DNA of 64,000 bases. Source: a phage. Shown here piece after piece: positions 26,822 through 36,162 of the stretch; the first letter of the stretch is position 1; the number at the start of each line of letters is the position of its first letter. Both the position numbers and the translations under genes were made by a program. The stretch lies in sequence record PX393108.1; one strand, given 5' to 3'. The notes beneath the pieces are model-generated. The model searched no databases. It was not told the DNA's origin and saw only the letters and a list, made by a program, of their open reading frames with translations.

Positions 26822-27424
26822 TTATAGATTAAATCCTTCAAAATCAAGAGTATAGATAGTGTATGTTGAATACTTTTTATACTCGTATCTATCCGCAATT
26901 CTAAATACACTTCCAGCTGGTATCATTACTTCTTGTTCATCTGAAACTAATTCCATATTACGATAACGATGGCTATCCGGAAATTTAAAACTCGGACTAT
27001 ATTCTTTACAACGTAGAGCTTTTATAGCATACTCCTGAAAATTAAATACCATAGGAGCTTTGAATTCAAAAATAACTTGCGTGTTGTATTCTAATCCAGA
27101 AGCAAAATGCAGAGCTATATTTTTATCATATGAAGCTGATACTACTTTATCGAATGTAATAATATCAATTCCTTGATTTAACACCTGTTTAGTCTCAACT
27201 GGAACACCTCTCCAAAGAGGTTTATCGTTTGGAACCAAACGAGATTTGATTATTTCATTTAACCAAGAATGATCGTCTGGCTTATTAGTAATACAATGAA
27301 TTAAAAGTTCAATTTCTGATAAATTAAATCCTTCAGAAAGTAATTCTTCGCGAATAGAAGCACGCACAGATGCATCCATTGATTTGATTTTAAAATCTTT
27401 TAATTGCATTGCTGAATATTTCAT
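26822..27424 (-). CDS. modA: ADP-ribosyltransferase ModA
   Basis: 200 aa; tandem with a 211-aa paralogue; T4 modA/modB arrangement after srd. Confidence 0.8.
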   Translation of the reverse strand: MKYSAMQLKDFKIKSMDASVRASIREELLSEGFNLSEIELLIHCITNKPDDHSWLNEIIKSRLVPNDKPLWRGVPVETKQVLNQGIDIITFDKVVSASYDKNIALHFASGLEYNTQVIFEFKAPMVFNFQEYAIKALRCKEYSPSFKFPDSHRYRNMELVSDEQEVMIPAGSVFRIADRYEYKKYSTYTIYTLDFEGFNL

Positions 27425-28056
27425 TCAACTACCTCAATATCATACACTTTAAATGTTCCAAATGAATCGTGTAATTTTTCTTTTGAAATAGAAGTTATTT
27501 TATACTTTCCAATTGGAATCATCCATTCTTGTTCACGCACAATCATCATTAAGTTATCAGTACGTTCTGAATCTAATCCATCAGTATCTTCATATGTATA
27601 CTTAAACTCAGTATTAGGAGAAGAAAGTATAATATCGCTGATATGGTCAGAGTAATTAAAAGCTTTATCAGTTTTTAAGCGAAGTACTATTTCAGTGAAA
27701 TATTCAGCATAAGAAAAAGAACACGCTGTATGCAAACTAGTAGTAAATGAATCTACTCTGTTCGTTGAAAACACTTCTCCGACTTGTAAATCTTTAATGA
27801 GTTCTTTTGTCGATTTTGATATACCACGATATAACTGATAAGGTGATTCAGTTAAATGCTTTTTAATGATTTTATTCAACTGCCGATGAAGAGCTTCATT
27901 CTTTTTGGCTTCCATACATTGCCAAAGAACTGACTGTTCAAAGTCAGTAAATTTTTCACAGACCTTTTTATACATATCATATTGAAAATCGACACTTTCA
28001 GCTTTTATAGATAACTGTTCAACATCTGCGAGATTAATAATCATGATAGCCTCCAT
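27421..28056 (-). CDS. modB: ADP-ribosyltransferase ModB
   Basis: 211 aa; 4-nt overlap with modA. Confidence 0.8.
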   Translation of the reverse strand: MEAIMIINLADVEQLSIKAESVDFQYDMYKKVCEKFTDFEQSVLWQCMEAKKNEALHRQLNKIIKKHLTESPYQLYRGISKSTKELIKDLQVGEVFSTNRVDSFTTSLHTACSFSYAEYFTEIVLRLKTDKAFNYSDHISDIILSSPNTEFKYTYEDTDGLDSERTDNLMMIVREQEWMIPIGKYKITSISKEKLHDSFGTFKVYDIEVVE

Positions 28057-28064
28057 ATACTTCA

Positions 28065-28105
28065 GAAGCTATCATATCATTGTTAGGAAGGAAAGTAAAC
28101 AACTT
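28065..28105 (-). promoter_or_regulatory. T4-type early promoter (-35 GTTTACT, 17 nt, -10 TATGAT)
   Basis: Minus strand GTTTACTTTCCTTCCTAACAATGATATGAT. Confidence 0.5.
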
Positions 28106-28111
28106 TTTGAA

Positions 28112-28294
28112 TTATTTTGCCCAGGGAGCCCAGGGCGGAGGGTCAAGATGGTATGAAGCTAGTTCTTCTAGAAGAGCATCTGGGGCTTCAATTCCATAAT
28201 TCTGTAATACTATACGGTACTCTTTCTTATAATCACTAGAATCATTCTGGATATTCGTAGAATGATTATCTTCTAACATCTCAAATAAATCCAT
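28112..28294 (-). CDS. Hypothetical acidic protein (60 aa)
   Basis: ORF. Confidence 0.45.
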   Translation of the reverse strand: MDLFEMLEDNHSTNIQNDSSDYKKEYRIVLQNYGIEAPDALLEELASYHLDPPPWAPWAK

Positions 28295-28302
28295 ATTAAT
28301 TC

Positions 28303-28773
28303 CTAGCGATAAAAACCAAATTGACGATTAGCTTCAATAATCTTTCTTTCTTCTTCGGACATTCTCCAGCGTAGTCCAACATCAAAATGAGCCCAGACCA
28401 TCTTAACGAATGCATTTATATCTTTAATATCTTCAATAATGAATGTTTTACTTTTAGAAGGTTGACTCGCTAATTTAACTTTATCGTCTTCAAACAGGTC
28501 AAAAAGACCATATTCATGAGCTCTTTTATAGCCTTTAATAGTTAAAGCTTCAGAAGAAGAAAATGGTGAATCAGTATTCTGCAAAATATCTTCAGTATGC
28601 TTTATAATTAGAATAACATTTTCTGGATATTTTCTTTCTTTTATATCTTTAATTAAAATATCCGGATTTTCTGCTAAAGGAATAATTAATGAGCACTTTT
28701 TATCAAGTGTATTTACTGATTTACCTTCTTTAGACATAAATTCTATTGAATAATGTTTTGCTACTTCAATCAT
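28303..28773 (-). CDS. Hypothetical protein (156 aa); position compatible with T4 mrh
   Basis: Positional inference. Confidence 0.5.
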   Translation of the reverse strand: MIEVAKHYSIEFMSKEGKSVNTLDKKCSLIIPLAENPDILIKDIKERKYPENVILIIKHTEDILQNTDSPFSSSEALTIKGYKRAHEYGLFDLFEDDKVKLASQPSKSKTFIIEDIKDINAFVKMVWAHFDVGLRWRMSEEERKIIEANRQFGFYR

Positions 28774-28926
28774 GTGATTTCCTCTTGCCTACTAATGGGC
28801 CGTCAGGAATTTTGTTTTCCTGGATATATTTCTCATTTTCTTCCATCATTTTACTGCCAATTTTAAGAAGCAAATCCAATGCTTCATTTGCTTTAGCCTT
28901 GGCCTCTTCTAGCGTCATATCTCTGT

Positions 28927-29130
28927 TCACGATTTATCCCCATAGATGTCTCTCATCAATTTAAGCGCTGAGCGTTCTAATTTCTTTTCTTTCTCAACGC
29001 TAATCATTGATTTCATCCATTCTTCTGATTCGTTCTGCATTTCTTTATTTGCTTGTTCAACCCAACCATCATCAATGTACATTGAGTTTGGTCTATTGAA
29101 CCATTCAAACATTTTCTTCAGAACTTTCAT
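28927..29130 (-). CDS. Hypothetical protein (67 aa)
   Basis: ORF. Confidence 0.45.
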   Translation of the reverse strand: MKVLKKMFEWFNRPNSMYIDDGWVEQANKEMQNESEEWMKSMISVEKEKKLERSALKLMRDIYGDKS

Positions 29131-29623
29131 TTGTTTTACCTAAAACAACAGTAGGAGCATCATCAAATTCATGAATTTTTAGCAAATTTGGATGTAAACT
29201 ATTCCACACAGAAGAAATAAAGTATGATAAAGCATCTTCACTCACAATTATAAATTTATTTCCTTTATCTATTTTCCAACTATATAGTGAATCGTACGAA
29301 TAAAAAGATAAAGGATTATCATTATATTGTTCTGCGCTAACATTAATGTATTCGGATTTAGTAAATGCTTCAATTGCTCTAAATGGAATATTTGGTACAG
29401 TTTCAATGATACCAATCTTTTTAAGCTTTATTTCAGCATCTTCTGGAACTGGCATTGAAACGAAATTTTCTACGAGATACATTGGGTCACAATAACCCTT
29501 ATCAATCATTACTGCTACGGTAATTGGAACGTCTTTAGCAAACGACATGCTATTACTGCTAATATACATTTCAAACAAAATCGCTTCCATAATTTTCCTC
29601 AATCGCAAGATGTAGATGAACAA
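29105..29623 (-). CDS. Hypothetical protein (172 aa)
   Basis: ORF. Confidence 0.6.
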   Translation of the reverse strand: MFIYILRLRKIMEAILFEMYISSNSMSFAKDVPITVAVMIDKGYCDPMYLVENFVSMPVPEDAEIKLKKIGIIETVPNIPFRAIEAFTKSEYINVSAEQYNDNPLSFYSYDSLYSWKIDKGNKFIIVSEDALSYFISSVWNSLHPNLLKIHEFDDAPTVVLGKTNESSEENV

Positions 29624-29940
29624 CTAGAATCACAAGAACTTCCACACGAATCGCCCGTCCATACATGAACAGGAACATTAGTGTCATATGAATCAGAACT
29701 AGACTGTGTATTCTGTGTATTAGATGATGTAGTAGGTGTTGACCAGCGCCAAGGATTTTTATAATATTCTTGGGCTTCTTCATAAGTCATAGTAACTGCT
29801 TCTACTGTTCCATCTCCCATATAAACATATTCAACTACAGTTAAAGGAAGGTAGTCATTTGAAATAGGAACTACACCTTCTCCGGGAGTCGTAGAGAAAA
29901 AATCCGTAAAGAAGCTTTTAAACCAATTAAAGATAAACAT
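29599..29940 (-). CDS. Hypothetical protein (113 aa) with Ser/Cys/Asp-rich C-terminal tail
   Basis: C-terminus …[20 protein letters not shown]. Confidence 0.5.
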   Translation of the reverse strand: MFIFNWFKSFFTDFFSTTPGEGVVPISNDYLPLTVVEYVYMGDGTVEAVTMTYEEAQEYYKNPWRWSTPTTSSNTQNTQSSSDSYDTNVPVHVWTGDSCGSSCDSSCSSTSCD

Positions 29941-30146
29941 TACAAAAAGCCTCTCTTGAATTCGACTTGCTTCTCGCCATAATCATATCGAATCTCTGAA
30001 TTAAATTCGACAGAACCATCTGCGTACATCATAAATGAATGCACAACAACTTCTGTAGACCATGGCTGTAGTTCATATTTCTTCATTACATGCCGTGAAA
30101 TGATAATATCTAAATCTTCATTTGGTTTAATCCAGCGATTTAACAT
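29940..30146 (-). CDS. Hypothetical protein (68 aa)
   Basis: ORF. Confidence 0.5.
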   Translation of the reverse strand: MLNRWIKPNEDLDIIISRHVMKKYELQPWSTEVVVHSFMMYADGSVEFNSEIRYDYGEKQVEFKRGFL

Positions 30147-30210
30147 AGTGCTCTCCTCTATAAGATAATTCTATTATACCATACTCATTTTAGAAAGTAA
30201 ACCGGTAAAA

Positions 30211-30238
30211 TGAAAAAAGGACTCCCGGAGGAGTCCTT
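30211..30238 (-). terminator. Rho-independent terminator after soc (GGACUCC-UCCG-GGAGUCC + U-run)
   Basis: Inverted repeat GGACTCCCGGAGGAGTCC followed on the minus strand by TTTTTTCATTTT. Confidence 0.6.
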
Positions 30239-30242
30239 GAAA

Positions 30243-30488
30243 TTATTCACCAGTTACTTTCCACAAATCTTCGTTTGCAGTAATCCATTCAGTACGTTGA
30301 TTTTCTTCATATACTGTAGAATATGCTGCTTTTTCTGAAGGGAATGTCTGGTAATGAGAGCCAGAAATTTTGTGAACGTCAGAATAAAGAGGGAAAGCTA
30401 CAGAAATTTCCTTTCCTTCAATTTTCTTATTTCCATCTAATTTCTGCTCAAACGTTTTGATATTAACATAACCGCGAGTACTAGCCAT
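30243..30488 (-). CDS. soc: Small outer capsid protein Soc
   Basis: 81 aa, MASTRGYVNIKTFEQKLDGNKKIEGKEISVAFPLYSDVHKISG… matches T4 Soc. Confidence 0.95.
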   Translation of the reverse strand: MASTRGYVNIKTFEQKLDGNKKIEGKEISVAFPLYSDVHKISGSHYQTFPSEKAAYSTVYEENQRTEWITANEDLWKVTGE

Positions 30489-30504
30489 GTAATTCTCCTT
30501 TTAT

Positions 30505-30714
30505 TTAAATTACATGATTATTTATAATAAATTCTCGTGGAACGCTAAAATATCCAATTTTAGTTAATATAACAACATCACCGTTAATAACTACCGGAGA
30601 ATAATCGTCTGGAGCATTAAACTTCCAATGAGCTCTAATATTATATCCATCAGAACCAAATGCTCGACTAGCCGGTCTCCCGGCTTTTTGCCATGCATAA
30701 AAATCAAATTTCAT
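30505..30714 (-). CDS. Hypothetical protein (69 aa)
   Basis: ORF. Confidence 0.5.
   Translation of the reverse strand: MKFDFYAWQKAGRPASRAFGSDGYNIRAHWKFNAPDDYSPVVINGDVVILTKIGYFSVPREFIINNHVI
30519..30526 (-). promoter_or_regulatory. Late promoter TATAAATA upstream of soc
   Basis: Minus-strand TATAAATA about 30 nt upstream of the soc ATG. Confidence 0.5.
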
Positions 30715-30911
30715 TTTGAATGCTCTATAATTAATTTTAAGGCTTCTTCATGCACCTTACCTAATTGTATATGTCCAGTTTTAATTGTGTAAGCTTTGTG
30801 GAGCTGATTAGATAAGAGCTCACATACGAGCTCCTTGTCATAATTTTTAAATAGCTGGTCAATACGTTTCTTGTGGGCTTTCTTAAGCTGGCGTTTATTT
30901 AAACGAGCCAT
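30711..30911 (-). CDS. Hypothetical basic protein (66 aa)
   Basis: ORF with 4-nt overlap. Confidence 0.5.
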   Translation of the reverse strand: MARLNKRQLKKAHKKRIDQLFKNYDKELVCELLSNQLHKAYTIKTGHIQLGKVHEEALKLIIEHSK

Positions 30912-31429
30912 TAATAACCTCGGTCTTGACGAGCGAAGTTTTCAGCATTTTTCAGATAATAAAGTTTAAAGATTTCTTCAGCAGTAAGGCCGAGACCTTG
31001 GAACATGTTCAGAACGAAATGAAGAATATCAATCATTTCGAATTTAATTTCCAACTGGTCTTGAGGAGACAAATCAGTAATTAGAGTTTCACGACGTTCA
31101 CCATGCTGCGACTTCCAAGGCTTCCATACAGCAGATGCATCTTTTTCACCATTGCTCATACCACCAAGAGAAGTCAGAAGTTCACGGAATTCATCATCAA
31201 TGTAATCTTTCTGATTACGCAGCCAATCGACAACTTCGCCTGCAGTAGCCAAATCATCAGGATGACGGTTATATTCAGGTTTATCTTTAGCTAAACGAAC
31301 CTGCAAAGATTTCTGCATATCAAGCATAACTTGCAGTGGGTCTTTTTCGTCACCGAGAATATCCCAGTATTCATTTTGAGCTTTATCAGCGCCTTCGATC
31401 AGTTGCGAACATTCATTAAAGTAAGCCAT
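30911..31429 (-). CDS. 56: dCTP/dCDP pyrophosphatase gp56
   Basis: ORF-track frame trimmed to MAYFNECSQLIEGADKAQ… (172 aa); MazG-like; T4 gp56 is 171 aa. Confidence 0.9.
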   Translation of the reverse strand: MAYFNECSQLIEGADKAQNEYWDILGDEKDPLQVMLDMQKSLQVRLAKDKPEYNRHPDDLATAGEVVDWLRNQKDYIDDEFRELLTSLGGMSNGEKDASAVWKPWKSQHGERRETLITDLSPQDQLEIKFEMIDILHFVLNMFQGLGLTAEEIFKLYYLKNAENFARQDRGY

Positions 31430-31500
31430 TATTTTTCCTTTCAATTCATGGGTTAGTAGATTAATTATACAATAAATATATAAAGCAATAAGGAGGACAT

Positions 31501-31701
31501 ATGGTACAAAAATTAATGGCACTTGTTAATGCCATAAAAGGTAATAAAAAACGTATAGCTTTTACTATTTCTGCTATGGTAGGAATTTTACTTTGGAATT
31601 TTGTTTTATCACCAATTGCTATTGCTCATGGTGTTAATATTCCAGTAATTACTCTTGATACATTCGTAGATTTAGCATTTGCTTTAGTTGGGTTAATTTA
31701 A
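31501..31701 (+). CDS. Small membrane protein (66 aa) on the opposite strand in the 56-61 gap
   Basis: Strong Shine-Dalgarno AAGGAGG 6 nt before the ATG; two hydrophobic helices. Confidence 0.45.
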   Translation: MVQKLMALVNAIKGNKKRIAFTISAMVGILLWNFVLSPIAIAHGVNIPVITLDTFVDLAFALVGLI

Positions 31702-32726
31702 ATCTTAGCATATTTAGATAGCCGCATTTTAGCCATCAACCCCTGGGCAATATTATTTTTCATATATTCCATAATTTGTTCAGGGGTTGCACCTTCCTTT
31801 CTAATCATATCATTAACATCTTTTGATTTCCAGGGAGATTTGTCCCAAAACATAACCCTTTCTCCTGCATCAACTAATTTAGTCATTCGTTTAATAGTGT
31901 CAGGATGACGAGGTTCATTATCTAAAACCCACACACGTCTATCTTTAAATGGAACAATTTCTAGGTCTAATTGACCACCTGTAATAGCTATACCATTTTC
32001 AATAAAAAGTGAATCTATAGGTCCTTCTAGAACATATACATCACCATCTTTAACTCGTTCAACGCCATAGATTTTTGTTGCTTCAGGATAAGCTTTGATG
32101 GTGATATATTTTTGAGGAGCATCTTTCTTTAATGCACGTCCTTGAAAAGACTCAGCTTTTCCATTAGCATTATAAATTGGAATAACAAGACGAGGCTCAG
32201 GTATTTCCTTTTTATATGTTCCCGGTGCTATGCTATTAACTAATTTAGGCCATTCGGTTGTAAACCAAAGATATTTCCATTTATCCTTTGGAATACAACG
32301 AGCTTTTACATATTTTATAATTGGATGGTCTTCCGCCAGTTTATCTAATCTAATGCATGACGGAAGAGATTTAATTATTTTCTTCTCAGGTTGTTTAGGA
32401 AGTTCTTTAGGTTTTTCTACTGGACGACTTTTACCTTTTTCTTTTCTTATTTCAAAGATATACTCACGATATAAATCAGGTTCAAACTCCTTTAAATATA
32501 TTCCGATTGGTGCATGATAGTTGCAATTATAACAATGAATATTTCCTTCATTATTATCGCCATAATACCATCCACGGGCTTTATTTTGGTCGGTTTTTGA
32601 ATCTCCACAAACAGGGCATCTAAACCGCAATTTAAAAGTTGAACTATTATTTACTTGTGTGAATTTAGGTAAATGAGCTAATGCACGGTATGCAAACTCA
32701 TTATCAATCCAAGGTATTGATGACAT
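31698..32726 (-). CDS. 61: DNA primase gp61
   Basis: 342 aa; zinc-ribbon CPVCGDSK…CYNC and TOPRIM-like region; matches T4 gp61. Confidence 0.95.
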   Translation of the reverse strand: MSSIPWIDNEFAYRALAHLPKFTQVNNSSTFKLRFRCPVCGDSKTDQNKARGWYYGDNNEGNIHCYNCNYHAPIGIYLKEFEPDLYREYIFEIRKEKGKSRPVEKPKELPKQPEKKIIKSLPSCIRLDKLAEDHPIIKYVKARCIPKDKWKYLWFTTEWPKLVNSIAPGTYKKEIPEPRLVIPIYNANGKAESFQGRALKKDAPQKYITIKAYPEATKIYGVERVKDGDVYVLEGPIDSLFIENGIAITGGQLDLEIVPFKDRRVWVLDNEPRHPDTIKRMTKLVDAGERVMFWDKSPWKSKDVNDMIRKEGATPEQIMEYMKNNIAQGLMAKMRLSKYAKI

Positions 32727-32894
32727 TTTTACTCTTCTTTTTCTTTAGATTCCTCTTTTTTCTTTTTAGGAATCTGTTCAGGACCTTTATTTACTACAGC
32801 ACCTGACGTTGTTCCAGTAGAGATATTTTCAGGATTACCACCCGAATCTCCAGCTACCATATCTTCTTTAATAAATTCTTTATATGTTTTCATA

Positions 32895-33251
32895 TTAACC
32901 TCTATTCATAAAAGCATTAAAAATTTGGTCATCAATCGATGGAATAGCAACCTTTTCGGCATCATTTAGCAAATCATTAATTTCATCAGATAGCATAACG
33001 CATGTACCTTTATTTCCTGTAATTGTTACTGCGCAATTACGAACGTTTTCTTTATCAAATTTTAGGTTAATATTTTCGTAGTGAAAATCCTTTAATGCCG
33101 AATATATCTTTAAAATGAAATTGTCTTTTACTACAATAAACCCAACTTCACTATTAAAACGTGGTTCATGGAAACTGTAATAAACCTTTTCATCTATAAA
33201 ATCGTATGAAATTTTTTCCATTTTTAAATATGAAAATTCAGAACTATACAT
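32895..33251 (-). CDS. Hypothetical protein (118 aa), 61.1-like position
   Basis: ORF. Confidence 0.55.
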   Translation of the reverse strand: MYSSEFSYLKMEKISYDFIDEKVYYSFHEPRFNSEVGFIVVKDNFILKIYSALKDFHYENINLKFDKENVRNCAVTITGNKGTCVMLSDEINDLLNDAEKVAIPSIDDQIFNAFMNRG

Positions 33252-33263
33252 ACTAACCTCTAA

Positions 33264-33557
33264 TTACTCACCTACCACTTCAGCGATGATATTTTTATTA
33301 TTGAAGTTTTTATCACAATACAGAACGTAATTATACTGCATTACACCACCAGACTTAAGCTGTTTTTGCACTTCAGCTTTCATTTCAGGACGATCACGCT
33401 CAACGATATTCATAATATCCGCTTCAATTTGAGTTTCAACTTCAGTCTGATCTGCAGTCATAGACCATTCACACAAATCTTTGTCATAACCCGCCATAGC
33501 AGGCTGAGCAGCGCAAGAAGATAAAGCAAAAATTGCAGCAAAGATAAATTTTTTCAT
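33264..33557 (-). CDS. sp: Periplasmic protein Spackle (superinfection exclusion, lysozyme inhibitor)
   Basis: 97 aa with cleavable signal peptide MKKFIFAAIFALSSCAAQPAMA; size and position between 61 and dmd match T4 sp. Confidence 0.7.
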   Translation of the reverse strand: MKKFIFAAIFALSSCAAQPAMAGYDKDLCEWSMTADQTEVETQIEADIMNIVERDRPEMKAEVQKQLKSGGVMQYNYVLYCDKNFNNKNIIAEVVGE

Positions 33558-33660
33558 GATAATCTCCTCAGTAGTTTATGTTTATAGTATCTCAATTTTC
33601 AACAAAAGTAAACACTAGTAGAAGCAAACAGACAAATTGCAATAATTGGTGATTTCAGTT

Positions 33661-33855
33661 TCATTCTTCTCCTCCTTCATGTTGATGAACATATTCTTTT
33701 TCAAGTCTAGAGCACAAGTTTTCATATTCAACTAATAAAAATGAATCAAGTGCGTTATTTCTATGCTGACACCGTTCTTGTAAAGAATCCATCTCTGAAC
33801 GTTGTTCTTGTGTTAATAATTGATAACCTGATACTTTAGACATTTTGTTCTCCAT
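33661..33855 (-). CDS. Hypothetical protein (64 aa)
   Basis: ORF downstream of an early promoter. Confidence 0.5.
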   Translation of the reverse strand: MENKMSKVSGYQLLTQEQRSEMDSLQERCQHRNNALDSFLLVEYENLCSRLEKEYVHQHEGGEE

Positions 33856-33864
33856 TTACTCGTT

Positions 33865-33910
33865 TGTTTTGATAGGTCTATAATAACATGTTTAAAACAA
33901 AAGTAAACTA
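33865..33910 (-). promoter_or_regulatory. T4-type early promoter (-35 GTTTACT, -10 TATTAT)
   Basis: Minus strand GTTTACTTTTGTTTTAAACATGTTATTAT. Confidence 0.5.
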
Positions 33911-34162
33911 TTTTATTTCCTCAAGTTCGTTAATCAATAAAAGTTCTCTGGCGCTAAAAACAAAGAAAAATGTGTTCCCATCAACCAGAGCATGACCGCT
34001 AATAGAACACCCTCTGCGGAATTTAGAAACTTCACAATCTAGAACTGTAAAGGGTTTTAATCCTATGACTTTAGCTGTGCGTCTATTCAGTTCACAACCA
34101 CTCGCGAATTTTTCCAAATCTTCTTCTGATTTAAACTGATATTCTCTATTAACTAGCATCAT
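33908..34162 (-). CDS. Hypothetical protein (84 aa)
   Basis: ORF downstream of an early promoter. Confidence 0.5.
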   Translation of the reverse strand: MMLVNREYQFKSEEDLEKFASGCELNRRTAKVIGLKPFTVLDCEVSKFRRGCSISGHALVDGNTFFFVFSARELLLINELEEIK

Positions 34163-34189
34163 TTTCTTTTCTCCGCGATTAGCTGATAG

Positions 34190-34230
34190 AATTACTATAA
34201 CACAACTCTATCAGCTTGTAAACTACTATT
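34190..34230 (-). promoter_or_regulatory. T4-type early promoter (-35 GTTTACA, 17 nt, -10 TATAGT)
   Basis: Minus strand GTTTACAAGCTGATAGAGTTGTGTTATAGT. Confidence 0.55.
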
Positions 34231-34483
34231 TTAAAACTTCTGTATAATCACATGTTACAAACTGTTTCTCTAACTTGACGATTTTACGAAAGTATCTTTT
34301 GCATTGGCGAATCTGCCGCTTTGTAGGGCGCACAGCAAACTTAATAAATTCCACTCGACCAAATGGAGGGCTTTCTTCTGCTGGAATATCTAATACCAAT
34401 TCCCACGTATCTGCGATAAGTGCTTTGAATTGAGTATTTTTCCTGACGTTATACGGAGTAGGTTTAAATAAAACAATATGCAT
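34226..34483 (-). CDS. Basic protein (about 85 aa) in the position of T4 61.4 (tifA-like)
   Basis: ORF trimmed to the Met immediately after the dmd stop; lies directly downstream of dmd as 61.4 does in T4. Confidence 0.45.
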   Translation of the reverse strand: MHIVLFKPTPYNVRKNTQFKALIADTWELVLDIPAEESPPFGRVEFIKFAVRPTKRQIRQCKRYFRKIVKLEKQFVTCDYTEVLK

Positions 34484-34484
34484 A

Positions 34485-34667
34485 TTATCCTCGGCAATCC
34501 ACTTCGCATACTTTCTTGTCATCAATGAAAGCTTTAACTAGCGCTTTATTAACTTCAGCATATTGAGTAGTAGCCCATTGAACGTCATCTTTCATCATTG
34601 TGATTTCTTTAGTAAACATGCTTTCATTCTTAAACCACCCCATAAAAACTACCTTTACCAATTCCAT
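34485..34667 (-). CDS. dmd: Dmd, antitoxin against host RnlA/LsoA
   Basis: 60 aa, MELVKVVFMGWFKNESMFTKEITMMKDDVQWATTQYAEVNKALVKAFIDDKKVCEVDCRG; matches T4 Dmd in size and sequence as I recall it. Confidence 0.8.
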   Translation of the reverse strand: MELVKVVFMGWFKNESMFTKEITMMKDDVQWATTQYAEVNKALVKAFIDDKKVCEVDCRG

Positions 34668-34694
34668 AAAAATCTCCTCATTTAACCAACAAGA

Positions 34695-34735
34695 CTACTA
34701 TACCATAGTCTTGTCGGCTTGTAAACTAAAATTTT
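34695..34735 (-). promoter_or_regulatory. T4-type early promoter for dmd (-35 GTTTACA, 17 nt, -10 TATAGT), overlapping the gene 41 stop
   Basis: Minus strand GTTTACAAGCCGACAAGACTATGGTATAGT. Confidence 0.55.
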
Positions 34736-36153
34736 AATTCATTTGCCAAAGCATCTAACTGAGCTCGAGCGGATTCGTTTCTTTGATAGCGATTCTGTTC
34801 AGCCTGAATCTGCTGTGAACCTGCTACTTCGTTCACTTCAGTTGGAGTAGAATCTTGTTCAATTTCTACCCATTTCTGATTTCCTTTTTGAACACCCATC
34901 AAAAACTTATTCCATTTATTCTTATCACCGTATCGTGATTTGATTTGCTTAATGAGTTGTTGTTCAGCAGCTGCTAACTCCTCGGTTTCAATGACCGCAA
35001 GCATAAAATCGGCTGTTGCTGGAAGACCGGCAGATTCTGCAATATCGCTCATGTTAACATCAGAAGAATCCCAAGCTTGTTTACCAACCTGTGCTGCAGT
35101 CCAAAGAACAGTTTCGGTTTCAACAGCCAGAGCACGCAATTCCTCTGCGATAGCTTTAACAGTTGTGTAACTATTTTCTGAATAAACTCTGATGCGACAA
35201 GATTTACAAATACCTAGATAGTCAACAATAATGATTGTTGGAACAAAATTCTTCTTGAGCTTTAATTCGTTTAAAAGCGATCGAAATGTATTAGCGTCTG
35301 CTCCACCAGTAGGATACTGTTTAACGATTAAACGTCCAAGAGTAGATTTCTCACGCCATTTTTCCATTTTTCCTTTATATTCAGCGTAAGAAATATGCCC
35401 ATCATCAATGTCATCAAGAGAAACGTCAAGCATATTAGCATCAATACGTTTAGCACAGACTTCTTCTGCCATTTCCATGGAAATGTAAAGAACATTGTGT
35501 CCGAGCTGCAAATAATCTGCTGCCAATGAACACAATCCTAATGACTTACCAACGTTAACACCAGCCATTAAAACGTTCAGTGTTCCAGTCTCAGCTCCGC
35601 CTTTAGTAATTTTATTTAGAATTTTGAGTTTAAATGGAACCTTACGAGCTTTATTCATATAAGATAGCCAACGTGCTTCGTAGTCATCCATCCAATCATG
35701 ACCAACGTAGCTATCAAATGAAATTGATAATGCTTGGCGCATGATGTCAGGAATAGCACCTACATCTGGCATTTTCTTATTTCGTTTTTCCGGAGGAAGC
35801 TCAGCATTAGTTTGAATTTCAATTATTTTAGATGTGGCGTTAAACATCGCCCTTTGCTGAACATATTTTTCTGTTTCTTTTACTAACCAGCTATGGTCTT
35901 CCGGAGAATCGGCCAGTTTTGAAATAAGTGTTTTTACACCAGAATATTCTGTTTCAGTAAATGAACTATTTTCTAATGCAACATTTAACGCATTAATAGA
36001 TGGAACGCTATGGTATTCATTAACATGAGATTTAATTAATTTGAATGTATTTTTAGCTGGACCACTTTCAAAATATTCTGAATCCATATATGGCCAAACT
36101 TTTGAAAAATAAGCTTGATCAAATATGAGATGAGAAAGAATAATTTCTACCAC
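34726..36153 (-). CDS. 41: Replicative DNA helicase gp41 (DnaB family)
   Basis: 475 aa; Walker A GVNVGKS; matches T4 gp41. Confidence 0.95.
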   Translation of the reverse strand: MVEIILSHLIFDQAYFSKVWPYMDSEYFESGPAKNTFKLIKSHVNEYHSVPSINALNVALENSSFTETEYSGVKTLISKLADSPEDHSWLVKETEKYVQQRAMFNATSKIIEIQTNAELPPEKRNKKMPDVGAIPDIMRQALSISFDSYVGHDWMDDYEARWLSYMNKARKVPFKLKILNKITKGGAETGTLNVLMAGVNVGKSLGLCSLAADYLQLGHNVLYISMEMAEEVCAKRIDANMLDVSLDDIDDGHISYAEYKGKMEKWREKSTLGRLIVKQYPTGGADANTFRSLLNELKLKKNFVPTIIIVDYLGICKSCRIRVYSENSYTTVKAIAEELRALAVETETVLWTAAQVGKQAWDSSDVNMSDIAESAGLPATADFMLAVIETEELAAAEQQLIKQIKSRYGDKNKWNKFLMGVQKGNQKWVEIEQDSTPTEVNEVAGSQQIQAEQNRYQRNESARAQLDALANELKF

Positions 36154-36162
36154 ACTTACTCC

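Noticed and set aside
29571-29783. 70-aa minus-strand ORF (His/Leu-rich) overlapping two other minus-strand ORFs
   Set aside because: Alternative frame inside better-supported ORFs; low-complexity translation
31430-31522. N-terminal 31-aa extension of the gene 56 ORF
   Set aside because: Hydrophobic extension not present in T4 gp56 as I recall it; the internal Met (MAYFNEC…) gives the expected length
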